Assembly: GCA_016196465.1 (NCBI GenBank)
Contig: JACPXR010000043.1
Span: 1-40,607, forward strand
Origin: Candidatus Omnitrophota bacterium
GTDB lineage: Bacteria > Omnitrophota > Gorgyraeia > 1-14-0-20-64-10
DNA: 40,607 nucleotides
Direction: 5' to 3'
How positions within the stretch are numbered: the stretch's first letter is position 1; each line of letters opens with the position of its first letter. The notes below the pieces were generated by a model. It was not told the DNA's origin. It made no database searches and was given only the letters and a program-made list of their open reading frames with translations. Below, in pieces: positions 9,456 to 18,841 of the stretch. The position numbers were made by a program, and so were the translations under genes.

Positions 9456-9786
9456 TAAGAGCTGGCTTCGAAACCTCCCGTGGCCGCGCTTAAGCTTAAA
9501 TGCAAGCAGGGCAAGGAGCGAGGAGGAGGCGTATCATGAGAGTCAAGATACGGCGACGACGAGCGACGCAGCCACAAGGCGGAGTGGTTTCGCTTCCTCT
9601 GGCGAAAGCCACGCAGCGATGCGACGCATTTCAGCCCAGCCCTTTTGGGTTGCGGCGGCAGGCGGCCATCCCCTGCGTCACTCCTCCTCAACGTACTCCA
9701 GGGAGTACGCCATCGTCGTCTTTCCTTGGATCTGGCCGCCTGGCGCTCGCAACGCGGCTCACGCGAGGTTTTGAAACCAGCTCTTA
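9456..9786. repeat. 331-bp element bounded by inverted repeats of about 33 bp (MITE-like or large structured RNA)
   Basis: 9456-9477 TAAGAGCTGGCTTCGAAACCTC matches the reverse complement of 9765-9786 at 20/22 positions. The arms continue inward: 9479-9488 against 9753-9763, with one extra base. There are several internal hairpins and no convincing coding signal. Confidence 0.6.
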
Positions 9787-10944
9787 ATGCTGGCCCAACG
9801 GATTCAGGCGGTCAAACCCTCCGCCACTCTGAAGATCACCGCCCTGGCCCGGCAGTTGAAGGCCCAGGGCAAGAAGGTGATCAACCTCGCGGCCGGTGAG
9901 CCGGATTTTGACACCCCCGCGTCGGTCAAGGAAGCGGCGATCGCCGCCATCCGGGAGGGATTCACCAAGTACACCCCCACGAGCGGCATCCCCCAACTCA
10001 AAGAGGCGGTCGCGGAGGTCTTCCAGCGCGAACTCGGGGTCCGCTACCGCCCCGAGCAGGTAGTGGTCACCTGCGGAGCCAAGCAGGCCCTCTACAATCT
10101 CCTCCAGGTGCTCATCGAGCCCGGAGATGAGGTGCTGATTCCTTCCCATTACTGGGTCAGCTACCCCGAGATGGTCCGTTTGAGCGGGGGGACCCCCGTG
10201 GAAGTCCGGACCGATCCCAAGGAAGGTTTCCGTCTGAAGGCCGATCAGATCGAACGAGCCATCACCCCCCGCAGCCGGGTCCTCATCCTCAACAGCCCCG
10301 CCAACCCGACCGGCGCGGTGTTGGATGAAGGCCGCCTGAAGGAGATCGCGCGGGTCGCGGTCTTGCGGGGGCTCTGGATCGTGAGCGACGAGATTTACTG
10401 CCGGCTGGTTTACGGCGTACCGCACGTTTCCATCGCCTCTGTCTCCCCGGAGGCCTTCGCGAGAACCCTCCTTGTGGATGGGGTTTCCAAGAGTTATGCC
10501 ATGACCGGCTGGAGGATCGGCTATTTTGCCGGTCCCCCCGAAGTGGTCGAGGCCGCCGAGCGTCTTCAGGATCATTCCACCTCCAACCCCAGCTCGATCA
10601 GCCAGCGGGCCGCCCTGGCCGCCCTGACCGGCGACCAGATCTGCCTGTCGGAGATGTCAGCGGAGTTCGGCCGGCGGCGGGATTTTCTCCTCCAGCGGGT
10701 TCTCCGGATCCCCAAGATTTCCCTCATCGAGCCGGAGGGGGCTTTCTACGCTTTTCTCAACATCTCGGGAACCGGGTTGACCTCCGGCGACTTTTCCAAT
10801 CGGCTCCTCGAGTCGGCCCATGTCGCCCTGATTCCCGGAGAGGGGTTTGGGTGGGACGATCACGTCCGGGTGAGTTTCGCGGCGAGCCAGGAGGAGCTTC
10901 GGGAGGGGTTCGACCGGTTGGAACGCTGGATCAGGAGCCTGTGA
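9787..10944 (+). CDS. Class I PLP-dependent aminotransferase (aspartate aminotransferase-like)
   Basis: Family motifs are present: [20 protein letters not shown] and the PLP-lysine motif [13 protein letters not shown]. Confidence 0.88.
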   Translation: MLAQRIQAVKPSATLKITALARQLKAQGKKVINLAAGEPDFDTPASVKEAAIAAIREGFTKYTPTSGIPQLKEAVAEVFQRELGVRYRPEQVVVTCGAKQALYNLLQVLIEPGDEVLIPSHYWVSYPEMVRLSGGTPVEVRTDPKEGFRLKADQIERAITPRSRVLILNSPANPTGAVLDEGRLKEIARVAVLRGLWIVSDEIYCRLVYGVPHVSIASVSPEAFARTLLVDGVSKSYAMTGWRIGYFAGPPEVVEAAERLQDHSTSNPSSISQRAALAALTGDQICLSEMSAEFGRRRDFLLQRVLRIPKISLIEPEGAFYAFLNISGTGLTSGDFSNRLLESAHVALIPGEGFGWDDHVRVSFAASQEELREGFDRLERWIRSL

Positions 10945-10951
10945 TCCCGCC

Positions 10952-11917
10952 ATGGCCTATCGAGTAACCCTCATTCCGGGAGACGGCATCGGGCCCGAGG
11001 TGGCTGAAGCGGCCAAGCGCTGCCTGGACGCGACAGGGGTGAAATTCGAATGGGAGATTCACGCGGCGGGCGAAGGGGCGATCGCCCAATTCGGCTCGCC
11101 CCTGCCGGAGGCCCTCTTGGAGTCGATCCGGCGGAACAAGGTGGCCCTCAAGGGGCCGATCACCACCCCCATCGGGACCGGGATCCGCTCTGTCAACGTG
11201 GCCTTGAGGCATGCCCTGGATCTGTACGCCTGCGTGAGGCCGGCCCGGCTTTATCCGGGGGTCCCCTCCCATTACGCTGAGGTGGATCTCGTCATCATCC
11301 GTGAGAACTCCGAGGACCTTTACGCGGGGATCGAGTACGACGATGGGACCCCGGAGGTCCGGGAGCTCATTGCCTGGGTCAAGAAGAAGGTCACCGCGGT
11401 CCACAAGGCGAACATCATGAAATTCACCGACGGCCTCTTTTTGGAAGTTTTCCGGCGGGTGGCCGTCGAATACGCCGGTCGGATCGAAGCGGAGGACCGC
11501 CTGGTGGACAATCTGTGCATGCAGTTGGTCCAGCACCCGGAAAATTTCGATCTCCTGGTTCTTCCCAACCTCTACGGAGACATCCTCTCGGACCTCTGCG
11601 CCGGATTGATCGGCGGCTTGGGGGTCGCCCCCGGAGCCAACATGGGGGAGGAGGCGGCCCTCTTTGAGCCGGTGCACGGCTCGGCGCCCAAGTACCAGGG
11701 ACAGAACAAGGTGAATCCGGTCGCCACGATTCTCTCCGGGGTTCTCATGCTCCATCATCTGGGGGAAACCGAGGCGGCCGGCCGCCTGGAGCGGGCGGTC
11801 TCCGAGGTCCTTCGGGAGGGGAAGTCGGTCACCTACGACCTGAAGCGGGAGCGAGGCGACCGCACCAGCGTCGGAACCCGCGAGATGGCGGATGCGATCA
11901 TCCAAAGACTCCTATGA
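10952..11917 (+). CDS. icd: Isocitrate dehydrogenase-like beta-decarboxylating dehydrogenase (short form)
   Basis: Motifs: [54 protein letters not shown] and the IDH-like tail SVTYDL. At 321 aa it is shorter than the family members I recall. Confidence 0.75.
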   Translation: MAYRVTLIPGDGIGPEVAEAAKRCLDATGVKFEWEIHAAGEGAIAQFGSPLPEALLESIRRNKVALKGPITTPIGTGIRSVNVALRHALDLYACVRPARLYPGVPSHYAEVDLVIIRENSEDLYAGIEYDDGTPEVRELIAWVKKKVTAVHKANIMKFTDGLFLEVFRRVAVEYAGRIEAEDRLVDNLCMQLVQHPENFDLLVLPNLYGDILSDLCAGLIGGLGVAPGANMGEEAALFEPVHGSAPKYQGQNKVNPVATILSGVLMLHHLGETEAAGRLERAVSEVLREGKSVTYDLKRERGDRTSVGTREMADAIIQRLL

Positions 11918-13292
11918 CCTTTGCGTCCTGGGAGGAGGCCCCGGCGGCTTCTCCGCGGCGGTGCGCTCCGCGAGGACCGGCGCGAGGGTCTGCCTGGTGG
12001 ACCCGGGGCCCCTCGGAGGGACCTGCCTGAACCGGGGCTGCATTCCCTCTCGGGCATTGGGGACGACGGCCCGTTTCATGGCCCAGATGAGGAAAGCCGA
12101 GACCCTCGGAATCCAAGTCGGAGATTTCAGGGTCGATCTGAAGAAGGTTCTCGAGCGGAAGGAGCGGATTTTAAGAAGGCTCCGGGGGGGCCTGGGGGCC
12201 CTTTTGAGCCGCTCCGAGGTGACCTGGCTCCAGGGGGAGGGGGTCCTTCGGGGGCCGCAAGAGGTGGAGGTCCTGGCCGAGGGAAGGCCGGGCGTGGGGG
12301 TGCGGCCCAAGAGGATCATCCTGGCCACCGGCTCGTCGCCGGGTTGCATTCCCAGCTGTCCATCCGACGGGAAAGCGGTTGTCACAAGCGATGAGATCCT
12401 GGACCTGGCGGAACTTCCCACCTCCCTCATCGTGGTGGGGGCGGGGGTGATCGGCTGTGAGTTTGCCAGTTATTTCGCGGATCTCGGCGTTCCGGTGACT
12501 TTGGTGGAAGCGGCGGGGCAGATTTTGCCCGGACAGGACCCCGACATCTCCCGGGCCTTTCAAGAGAGTCTGAAGCGCCGGGGGGTGAAGGTGCACGTGA
12601 ACTCCAAGGTGCAGGGGATCCAGGCGGTCTCCGGTTCCCCATCGGTCACCCTGACAGACGGCCAGGCCTTGAAGGCCTGCCTCGTCCTCGTGGCGGCGGG
12701 GCGCTCTCCCCGTTTGCCGGGGGGAGTCGAGGAGGCGGGGGTGAAGCTGGAGGAGGGCTCTGTGGCGGTCGACGAGATGCTGAGGACCTCGGCTCCCTCG
12801 ATCTACGCGATTGGAGATCTTTTGGGGGAGCATCAGTTGGCCGGCACCGCCAGCTACGAGGGGTCGCTGGCGGCGGAGAACGCCCTGGGTCAGAAAAGGA
12901 AAGCGGACTACCGGGTGGTGCCGGAGACGATCTACACGGAGCCGGAGATCGCGAGCGTCGGACAGACACAGTCCCAAGCGGCCGCCCTGGGCCTCAAGGT
13001 CAAGGTCAGCCGCTTGAGCTTCACGGGATTTCCCCGGGCGCAGACCCTGGAGGAAACCGAGGGTTTCATCCAGGTGGTGGCCGACGGAAAGAGCGGGGAG
13101 CTGCTGGGCGTCCAGATGATCGGAGCGCGGGCCACCGACTTGATCGGCGAGGCGGCCCTGGCGATCCGCGAGCGGCTCACCCTCCGGCAGCTGGAGGAGA
13201 CCCTTCACGCGCATCCCACGATGAGCGAATCCCTCTGGGAGGCGTCCGCCGCGGCCCTGGACCGGTCGATTTACTATGCCTCCGGCCAGTAA
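11892..13292 (+). CDS. lpdA: Dihydrolipoyl dehydrogenase (E3)
   Basis: An FAD-binding GGGPGG is present, with the redox-active disulfide motif [12 protein letters not shown] and the C-terminal HAHPTMSE. Confidence 0.9.
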   Translation: MRSSKDSYDLCVLGGGPGGFSAAVRSARTGARVCLVDPGPLGGTCLNRGCIPSRALGTTARFMAQMRKAETLGIQVGDFRVDLKKVLERKERILRRLRGGLGALLSRSEVTWLQGEGVLRGPQEVEVLAEGRPGVGVRPKRIILATGSSPGCIPSCPSDGKAVVTSDEILDLAELPTSLIVVGAGVIGCEFASYFADLGVPVTLVEAAGQILPGQDPDISRAFQESLKRRGVKVHVNSKVQGIQAVSGSPSVTLTDGQALKACLVLVAAGRSPRLPGGVEEAGVKLEEGSVAVDEMLRTSAPSIYAIGDLLGEHQLAGTASYEGSLAAENALGQKRKADYRVVPETIYTEPEIASVGQTQSQAAALGLKVKVSRLSFTGFPRAQTLEETEGFIQVVADGKSGELLGVQMIGARATDLIGEAALAIRERLTLRQLEETLHAHPTMSESLWEASAAALDRSIYYASGQ

Positions 13293-14145
13293 GCAGTTTC
13301 CGGTTTGGCTTCATCGCCCCTTCTCAGTCCACGGTCAGTGGAATGAGGCGAAGTCGCTGGTGAGGGATCTCAAGCTTCACACGGTCTGCGAGGAGGCCCG
13401 CTGCCCGAATCTGGGGGAGTGCTGGTCGCACGGAAACGTCAGCTTCATGATCTTGGGCCGCCGGTGCACCCGTCGGTGCGGTTTCTGCGCCGTTGAGACC
13501 GCCCGTCCGGACCTCGTGGATTCTGAGGAACCGCGTCGATTGGCCGAGGCGGTAGCCGCCCTGAAGCTGAAGTATGTGGTGGTCACCTCTGTTGCCCGGG
13601 ATGACCTTCCCGATGAGGGGGCGGGGGCTTTCGCCGCCTCCCTCCGGGCGATCCGGGCGAGGGCCCCGGAGGCGCAGGTGGAGGTCCTCACCCCCGATTT
13701 TCATGCCAGGGGGGAGCTGATTGGGACGGTTCTTCAGGAGCGCCCGGCGGTGTACAACCACAACGTGGAGACTGTTCCCCGCTTGAGCCCAAGGATCCGT
13801 CCGCAGGCCGGATATGCCAGGTCCCTTTCGGCCTTGAGGATCGCCAAGGAGATGGGGAGGCATCCTCTGAAGACGAAAAGCGGGCTCATGGTCGGTTTGG
13901 GCGAGACCCCCGGGGAGGTCCGCCAGACGATGATCGATTTGAGGGGGGCGGGGGTTGATCTCTTGACGGTCGGCCAGTACCTCCGGCCGACCGAAGGGCA
14001 CCACCCGGTGTCAGAATTCGTTTTGCCGGAGCAGTTTTCCATCTACGAAAGGTGGGGCAGGGAGCTGGGTTTTTCTTTCGTCGCCAGCGGCCCCAGGGTT
14101 CGCTCTTCCTACAACGCGTTTGAAGCACTCCAAGGAGGTCTCTAA
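13276..14145 (+). CDS. lipA: Lipoyl synthase
   Basis: The auxiliary cluster motif CEEARCPNLGECW and the radical-SAM motif CTRRCGFC are both present. Confidence 0.92.
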   Translation: MPPASKQFPVWLHRPFSVHGQWNEAKSLVRDLKLHTVCEEARCPNLGECWSHGNVSFMILGRRCTRRCGFCAVETARPDLVDSEEPRRLAEAVAALKLKYVVVTSVARDDLPDEGAGAFAASLRAIRARAPEAQVEVLTPDFHARGELIGTVLQERPAVYNHNVETVPRLSPRIRPQAGYARSLSALRIAKEMGRHPLKTKSGLMVGLGETPGEVRQTMIDLRGAGVDLLTVGQYLRPTEGHHPVSEFVLPEQFSIYERWGRELGFSFVASGPRVRSSYNAFEALQGGL

Positions 14146-14149
14146 GAGC

Positions 14150-15337
14150 ATGCAAGAAGCCAACCGGATGAAGCGCCTTCCTCTTTACCTGTTCACCATC
14201 ATGGACGAGCTCAAGGCCAAGGCCCGCGCGCGGGGCGTGGACGTGATTGACCTGGGGATGGGCAACCCCGACCTTCCCAGCCCCCCGCGCGTCGTGGAGG
14301 AGCTCTGCCGCGCCGCCTCCCAGGTGGAGAATCAGCGCTACTCCCGCCCCCACGGCGACGTGGAGGAGAAATTCAGGGAAGCGATCGCCCAGTGGTATGA
14401 GAAGCGTTTCCGGGTGACCCTGGATCCCAAGACGGAGGTGCTCCCCCTGATCGGTTCCAAGGAGGGGATCGCGCACCTGTCGCTGGCTTTCCTCAACAAC
14501 GATGACATCGGCCTGGTTCCCAATCCCGCCTACCCGGTCCACGAGAACGGCGTCATCATGGCTGGAGGAATCCTCTACAACATTCCGATCGGGCCGGAGA
14601 ACCAGTTCAAGCCGAACTTCAGGGCCTTGAGCAAGGAAGTGATCCGGATGGCGAAGATCCTCTTCGTCAGCTACCCCCACAATCCCACTACGGCGGTGGT
14701 GGACCTGGATTTCTACAAGGAGCTGGTCGACTGGGGGAAGGGCAAGGAGCTCATCCTCTGTTCCGATCTGGCCTATTCCGACATCGTCTTTGACGGCTAC
14801 AAGGCCCCCAGCCTCCTTCAGGTCAAAGGGGCCAAGGAGGGCTACGCGATCGAGTTTCATACCTGCTCGAAGAGCTACAACATGGCCGGCTGGCGGGTCG
14901 GGTGGGCCGTCGGAAACGCCCAGATCCTCCGGTCCCTGGAAAAGACCAAGTCGTACATTGACTTCGGAATCTTCCGGGCGGTTCAGATGGCCGCCATCCA
15001 GGCCCTCCACGGCCCCCAGGAGTACGTGACGGAGCTCGTGGAGACCTACCGGAAAAGGCGGGATCTTTTCGTTGGGTGCATGAACGCCGCCGGCTGGAAA
15101 GTTTCCCTGCCGAAGGCCACCTTTTACATCTGGGCCCACATCCCGCCCAAATTCAGCGCCCTCACCTCCCTGGAGTTTGCCCAGCTTCTCGTGGATGAGG
15201 CGGGGGTGGTGGTCGCCCCGGGAAGCGGCTTCGGCGAGTACGGGGAGGGTTATGTCCGTTTCGCCCTGGTGGAGCCGGAGCCCCGCCTGAAGACGGCCGT
15301 TGAGAGGATCGGAAAGCTCCTTTCCATCCGCTCCTAG
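14150..15337 (+). CDS. Class I/II PLP-dependent aminotransferase (DapL/AlaA-like)
   Basis: Motifs: GMGNPD, YPHNPT and CSKSYNMAGWRVGW. ATG 14150 has AAGGAGG 11 nt upstream. The longest ORF (14120) overlaps lipA. Confidence 0.85.
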   Translation: MQEANRMKRLPLYLFTIMDELKAKARARGVDVIDLGMGNPDLPSPPRVVEELCRAASQVENQRYSRPHGDVEEKFREAIAQWYEKRFRVTLDPKTEVLPLIGSKEGIAHLSLAFLNNDDIGLVPNPAYPVHENGVIMAGGILYNIPIGPENQFKPNFRALSKEVIRMAKILFVSYPHNPTTAVVDLDFYKELVDWGKGKELILCSDLAYSDIVFDGYKAPSLLQVKGAKEGYAIEFHTCSKSYNMAGWRVGWAVGNAQILRSLEKTKSYIDFGIFRAVQMAAIQALHGPQEYVTELVETYRKRRDLFVGCMNAAGWKVSLPKATFYIWAHIPPKFSALTSLEFAQLLVDEAGVVVAPGSGFGEYGEGYVRFALVEPEPRLKTAVERIGKLLSIRS

Positions 15338-15345
15338 ATCCTCTC

Positions 15346-16458
15346 ATGCAGAACAGAATTTTGTTGATGTACATCACCGCCCGCTCGGGCCATGACCAGG
15401 CGGCCCGGGCCCTGGAGCAGGGGATCCGCCTCCTCAATCCGCGGGCGGAAATCCTCAAGATCGACGCCTTCGAGTACCTCAATCCGATCCTCGCCAAGAT
15501 CGTTGACCGGATGTACCTGTCGGTTGTCCAGAAGCTGCCTGAGCTCTGGGATTATCTCTACGACAATCCCAAAGTGGTCCAGCGTTCCGAACGGCTGCGC
15601 GCCCTCCTTCACCAGTACGACTCGCCCCGCCTCAAGGGGCTTCTGGAGGAGTTCCAGCCGCAGTCCATCGCCTGCACCCAGGCCTTTCCCTGCGGGCTGG
15701 TCTCAGACCACAAGAAAGAGCACGGGTCCTCCACCCCCCTCTACGGCGTCATCACCGACTTCACCCCCCACGCCTACTGGGTGAACTCCCATATCGACGG
15801 CTACATCGTTCCAGCGGAGGAGAGCCGCCGGTGGCTGTTGGACCGGCGGGTGGAGCCCTCCCGGATTCACACCTTTGGAATCCCCATCGACCCCCGCTTT
15901 TCCGAACCGACCCCTGCGGAGCTTGTCCGCAGGCGGCTTCAGCTGGCCGGGGGAATCCCCACCGTTCTCTTGATGGGAGGAGGGCAGGGCCTGGGTCCGA
16001 TCCTGGAGGCGGTGAGGGCCCTCGACAAGATGGAGCGCAAGGTCCAGCTCCTCGTTGTCGCCGGAACGAACGAACGTTTGTACCACCGGCTGATCACCCT
16101 GGTGCCGCACCTGAGGCATCCGGTCCATCTCTTCGGCCATGTGGAGTTCATCGCCGACCTCATGGGGGTAGCCGACTTCATCGTCACGAAGCCCGGGGGC
16201 CTGACCACCTCGGAGGCCCTGGCCAAGGGGCTGCCGATCATCGTCCTCGATCCGATCCCCGGTCAGGAGGTGAAGAACGCCCATTTCCTCACCGGGGCCA
16301 AGGTGGCCCGCCAGGCCCAGGCCCCCGGGGATCTGCCCCGCCTTCTCTCGCGGCTCCTCGAGCATCCTCACGAAGCGGAAGAGATGAGGGCCTTCGCCCG
16401 GCAGCTCGGAAAGCCCCATGCCGCCGTGGAATCGGCACGGCTCATTCTCGGGCCTTGA
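15346..16458 (+). CDS. MGDG-synthase/UgtP-like diacylglycerol glycosyltransferase (GT28)
   Basis: The MGDG_synth-type N-terminus (ITARSGHDQAARAL) is joined to a GT-B C-terminal motif (FIVTKPGGLTTSEALA). Confidence 0.8.
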   Translation: MQNRILLMYITARSGHDQAARALEQGIRLLNPRAEILKIDAFEYLNPILAKIVDRMYLSVVQKLPELWDYLYDNPKVVQRSERLRALLHQYDSPRLKGLLEEFQPQSIACTQAFPCGLVSDHKKEHGSSTPLYGVITDFTPHAYWVNSHIDGYIVPAEESRRWLLDRRVEPSRIHTFGIPIDPRFSEPTPAELVRRRLQLAGGIPTVLLMGGGQGLGPILEAVRALDKMERKVQLLVVAGTNERLYHRLITLVPHLRHPVHLFGHVEFIADLMGVADFIVTKPGGLTTSEALAKGLPIIVLDPIPGQEVKNAHFLTGAKVARQAQAPGDLPRLLSRLLEHPHEAEEMRAFARQLGKPHAAVESARLILGP

Positions 16459-16475
16459 GGGGAGGGCTTTTTCAG

Positions 16476-17171
16476 GTGTTCTTCGCTCTGCTCTATCAAC
16501 TCGGCCACGGGGCGGCTTGGTTTCTTCCCAGGCCCCTTTCCTACTGGATCGCCCACCGGCTGGCCGATCACTGCTACCGGAGGGCTTCCAAAGACCGAGC
16601 GGCCGTCCGGGAGAATCTCAAATCGGTCCTCGGGCGGACGGATCTTCCGGCGGGTGCTGTCCTTTCCCTGTTGGGGCTTCCGGTCAATGCCGTGATCCTC
16701 ACCCATCAGAATCCGGGGGTGGACGCCTTTTTCTCCCGTCAGAGGTCCCGCGTCGGGGTCAAGGGGATCGCCATCCAGCGGATGAGCCCCAGGCAGTTTT
16801 TCGAGACCTCTTGTGATGCCCTCCGAAGGAATGAGATTCTGGCCCTCGTGGGGGACCGGGACTTCTTCGGCCACGGGTTGACGATACCTTTCTTTGGGCG
16901 TACCCTGAAGGTGCCGACAGGGCCGGCCGCCTTCAGCGTGAAGACCGGCGCTCCCATCGTGCCGGGCTTTCTTGTCCGGGAGGCCGATGGGTCGTACCGC
17001 TTCCTCCTGGAGGAGCCGCTCTTTCCGCCCACGGATCTGAAGAAAGGGGAGGCCATGGTTTGGCTCACCGAAAGGTGTCTGGCGGCGATGGCCCGTGTCA
17101 TCCGCCAGTATCCGACCCAGTGGTACATGTTCCAGGAGTTCTGGCTTCCGCCGCGCGGCCTGATCCTTTGA
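16476..17171 (+). CDS. Lysophospholipid/lipid A (LpxL-type) acyltransferase family protein, unusually short
   Basis: The C-terminal half matches the family (ILALVGDRDF, FFGRTLKVPTGPAAFSVKTGAPIVP). GTG 16476 is preceded by GAGGGGAGGG. The 446-aa ORF from 15831 is an out-of-frame run through the previous gene. Confidence 0.6.
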   Translation: MFFALLYQLGHGAAWFLPRPLSYWIAHRLADHCYRRASKDRAAVRENLKSVLGRTDLPAGAVLSLLGLPVNAVILTHQNPGVDAFFSRQRSRVGVKGIAIQRMSPRQFFETSCDALRRNEILALVGDRDFFGHGLTIPFFGRTLKVPTGPAAFSVKTGAPIVPGFLVREADGSYRFLLEEPLFPPTDLKKGEAMVWLTERCLAAMARVIRQYPTQWYMFQEFWLPPRGLIL

Positions 17172-17196
17172 GGAGTTTTCCATTCACCCGGTTGCC

Positions 17197-17853
17197 GTGA
17201 TCCCCGCTTATCAAGCGGAAGGGACCATTGAACCGCTGGTGGCGGCGGTCTTGGGATTGAAGATTCCGGTGATGGTGGTGGACGACGCCTCCAGCGACCG
17301 GACCCTCCTACGTGCCCGCGCGGCCGGCGCGAGGGTCATCGTTCGTTTGACGAACGGGGGCAAGGGGACGGCGCTTCGGGAGGGGATCTCCGAGGCCCTC
17401 CGGAACGGATTTGACTGGGTCATCGCACTGGATGCCGACGGCCAACATCTGCCGGCGGAGATCCCCCGGTTTCTGGAAGCGGCCGGGAGAGGGGAGGGGG
17501 ATCTCATCATCGGAAACCGGATGAAGGATCCCCGCGGGATGCCCCTGGCGCGCCGGGTGACCAATGGATTCATGTCGTGGCTCCTTTCCCGGTTGATTCG
17601 CCAGCGGGTCCCGGATACCCAGTGCGGTTTTCGCATGATGTCGAGGCGGCTCCTTTCCACGACTCCTCTGGCCTCCAGCCGCTTTGAAATTGAGTCGGAG
17701 CTCGTCGTGAGGGCCGCTGAGAGCGGTTTCCGGATCGCCTCGGTTCCGGTCACCTCGGTGTACCGCCGGAACTTGAGCTTCATCCGACCGGTCAAGGATA
17801 CCTGCCGCTTCTTCCTCTTCCTCCTTTCCCTGCGCCGTCCTCTGAAGCGATGA
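17197..17853 (+). CDS. Family 2 glycosyltransferase
   Basis: GT2 motifs are present: (V)IPAYQAEG, VVDDASSDRT and DADGQH. The only in-frame start is GTG 17197, right at the first conserved strand. Confidence 0.8.
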   Translation: MIPAYQAEGTIEPLVAAVLGLKIPVMVVDDASSDRTLLRARAAGARVIVRLTNGGKGTALREGISEALRNGFDWVIALDADGQHLPAEIPRFLEAAGRGEGDLIIGNRMKDPRGMPLARRVTNGFMSWLLSRLIRQRVPDTQCGFRMMSRRLLSTTPLASSRFEIESELVVRAAESGFRIASVPVTSVYRRNLSFIRPVKDTCRFFLFLLSLRRPLKR

Positions 17854-18527
17854 AGCGCCTTGAGGCCGAGCGCCAGCGGATGCTCCGGGACCAGTTGGTG
17901 GCGCGAGGAATCCAGGATCCCCGGGTTCTCCGGGCCATGGGGGCGGTCCCCAGGCACCGGTTCGTCCCTGAGAGCCACCAACATCAGAGCTACAGCGACC
18001 ACCCTGTTTCGATCGGAGAGGGGCAGACGATCTCTCAACCGTACATGGTGGCCTTGATGACCGAATCCGCGGCCCCTGGCCCCGCTTCCAAGGTGCTGGA
18101 GATCGGAACCGGCTCCGGTTATCAGACGGCGCTCCTGGCGGAGCTGTCTTCTCAGGTTTATTCCATCGAGCGCCTCCCGGTCCTGGCCGAGCGGGCCGAG
18201 GGGCTCCTCAGGGCATTGGGGTATTCCAACGTCCACATTCGAGTCGGAGACGGAACGCTTGGATGGCCTGAGGAGAGTCCCTTTGACGCGATTCTGGTCG
18301 ACGCGGGAGCCCCCGATCTTCCTCAGGCGCTGGTCGATCAACTGGTCGAAGGGGGGCGCCTCGTGATCCCCGTGGGCCTGAGCGGTTCGCAGACCTTGAC
18401 GGTCGTTGAGCGCTCGAAGGGTCAGGTGGAAAAGCGGGAGCTGTGCAGCTGTCTCTTTGTCCCCCTGATCGGGGCCCAGGGCTGGAAAGAGGGGGAGCCC
18501 GGGGCGGGGCGGGATGATCCCTCTTGA
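17850..18527 (+). CDS. pcm: Protein-L-isoaspartate O-methyltransferase
   Basis: Motifs ISQPYMVALM and the SAM-binding VLEIGTGSGYQTALLA are present. The start forms an ATGA overlap with the GT2 stop. Confidence 0.9.
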   Translation: MKRLEAERQRMLRDQLVARGIQDPRVLRAMGAVPRHRFVPESHQHQSYSDHPVSIGEGQTISQPYMVALMTESAAPGPASKVLEIGTGSGYQTALLAELSSQVYSIERLPVLAERAEGLLRALGYSNVHIRVGDGTLGWPEESPFDAILVDAGAPDLPQALVDQLVEGGRLVIPVGLSGSQTLTVVERSKGQVEKRELCSCLFVPLIGAQGWKEGEPGAGRDDPS

Positions 18528-18552
18528 TCTCCACAACATCCTGTGGTACATT
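18524..18552 (+). promoter_or_regulatory. Candidate sigma70-type promoter for the riboswitch-nrd transcript
   Basis: TTGATC (18524-18529), a 17-nt spacer, then TACATT (18547-18552), about 20 nt upstream of the riboswitch P1 helix. Confidence 0.3.
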
Positions 18553-18574
18553 TCCACTTGCATCACAATCTGTG

Positions 18575-18760
18575 GTCCCTGGTGCTGGACAGATCCGTCC
18601 AGCGAATGGGAACCCGGTGAGAATCCGGGACGGCCCCGCCGCTGTATGGGGGACGAAACAGAGCAGCGCTGATCAAGCGTGCCACTGTCTGCGCGAGAAG
18701 CGCAGGCGGGAAGGCGCTCTGGAGTAGGTTGAACCCAAGTCAGAAGACCGACCAGGGAAT
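18575..18760 (+). promoter_or_regulatory. Cobalamin (B12) riboswitch
   Basis: Conserved blocks appear in the correct order: AAUGGGAA, GGUGAGAAUCC, ACGGCCCCGCCGCUGUA, the B12 box GCCACUG (18681-18687), GGGAAGGC (18708-18715) and AGUCAGAAGACC. The closing helix is CCCUGGU (18577-18583) with ACCAGGG (18751-18757). Confidence 0.9.
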
Positions 18761-18841
18761 GGAAGTTTTCAGGTGGCCCTCGAGGGCAGGGTTGAGAAAC
18801 CTCATGTCGGGATTTTTGTACGCCGAAGATCCTTCCTTCGA

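Noticed and set aside
9456-9786. Whether the repeat-bounded element is RNase P RNA, tmRNA, 6S RNA, a T-box leader or a retron msr/msd
   Set aside because: On neither strand did I find the RNase P GGAAAGUCCGG/ACAGAA blocks, the tmRNA ends or tag ORF, or the T-box AGGGUGGUACCGCG sequence. At 331 nt it is too long for 6S RNA. No reverse transcriptase gene follows, as a retron would require.
15831-16475. N-terminal 215 codons of the 446-aa plus-strand ORF (15831-17171)
   Set aside because: This part runs out of frame through the MGDG-synthase-like gene and is Arg/Pro/Gly-rich. Acyltransferase similarity begins only after GTG 16476, which has its own SD.
18776-18787. GCCCTCGAGGGC palindrome after the riboswitch as an intrinsic terminator
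   Set aside because: It could form only a stem of about 4 bp once a loop is allowed, and no U-tract follows. The SD-occluding helix further downstream is a better expression platform.
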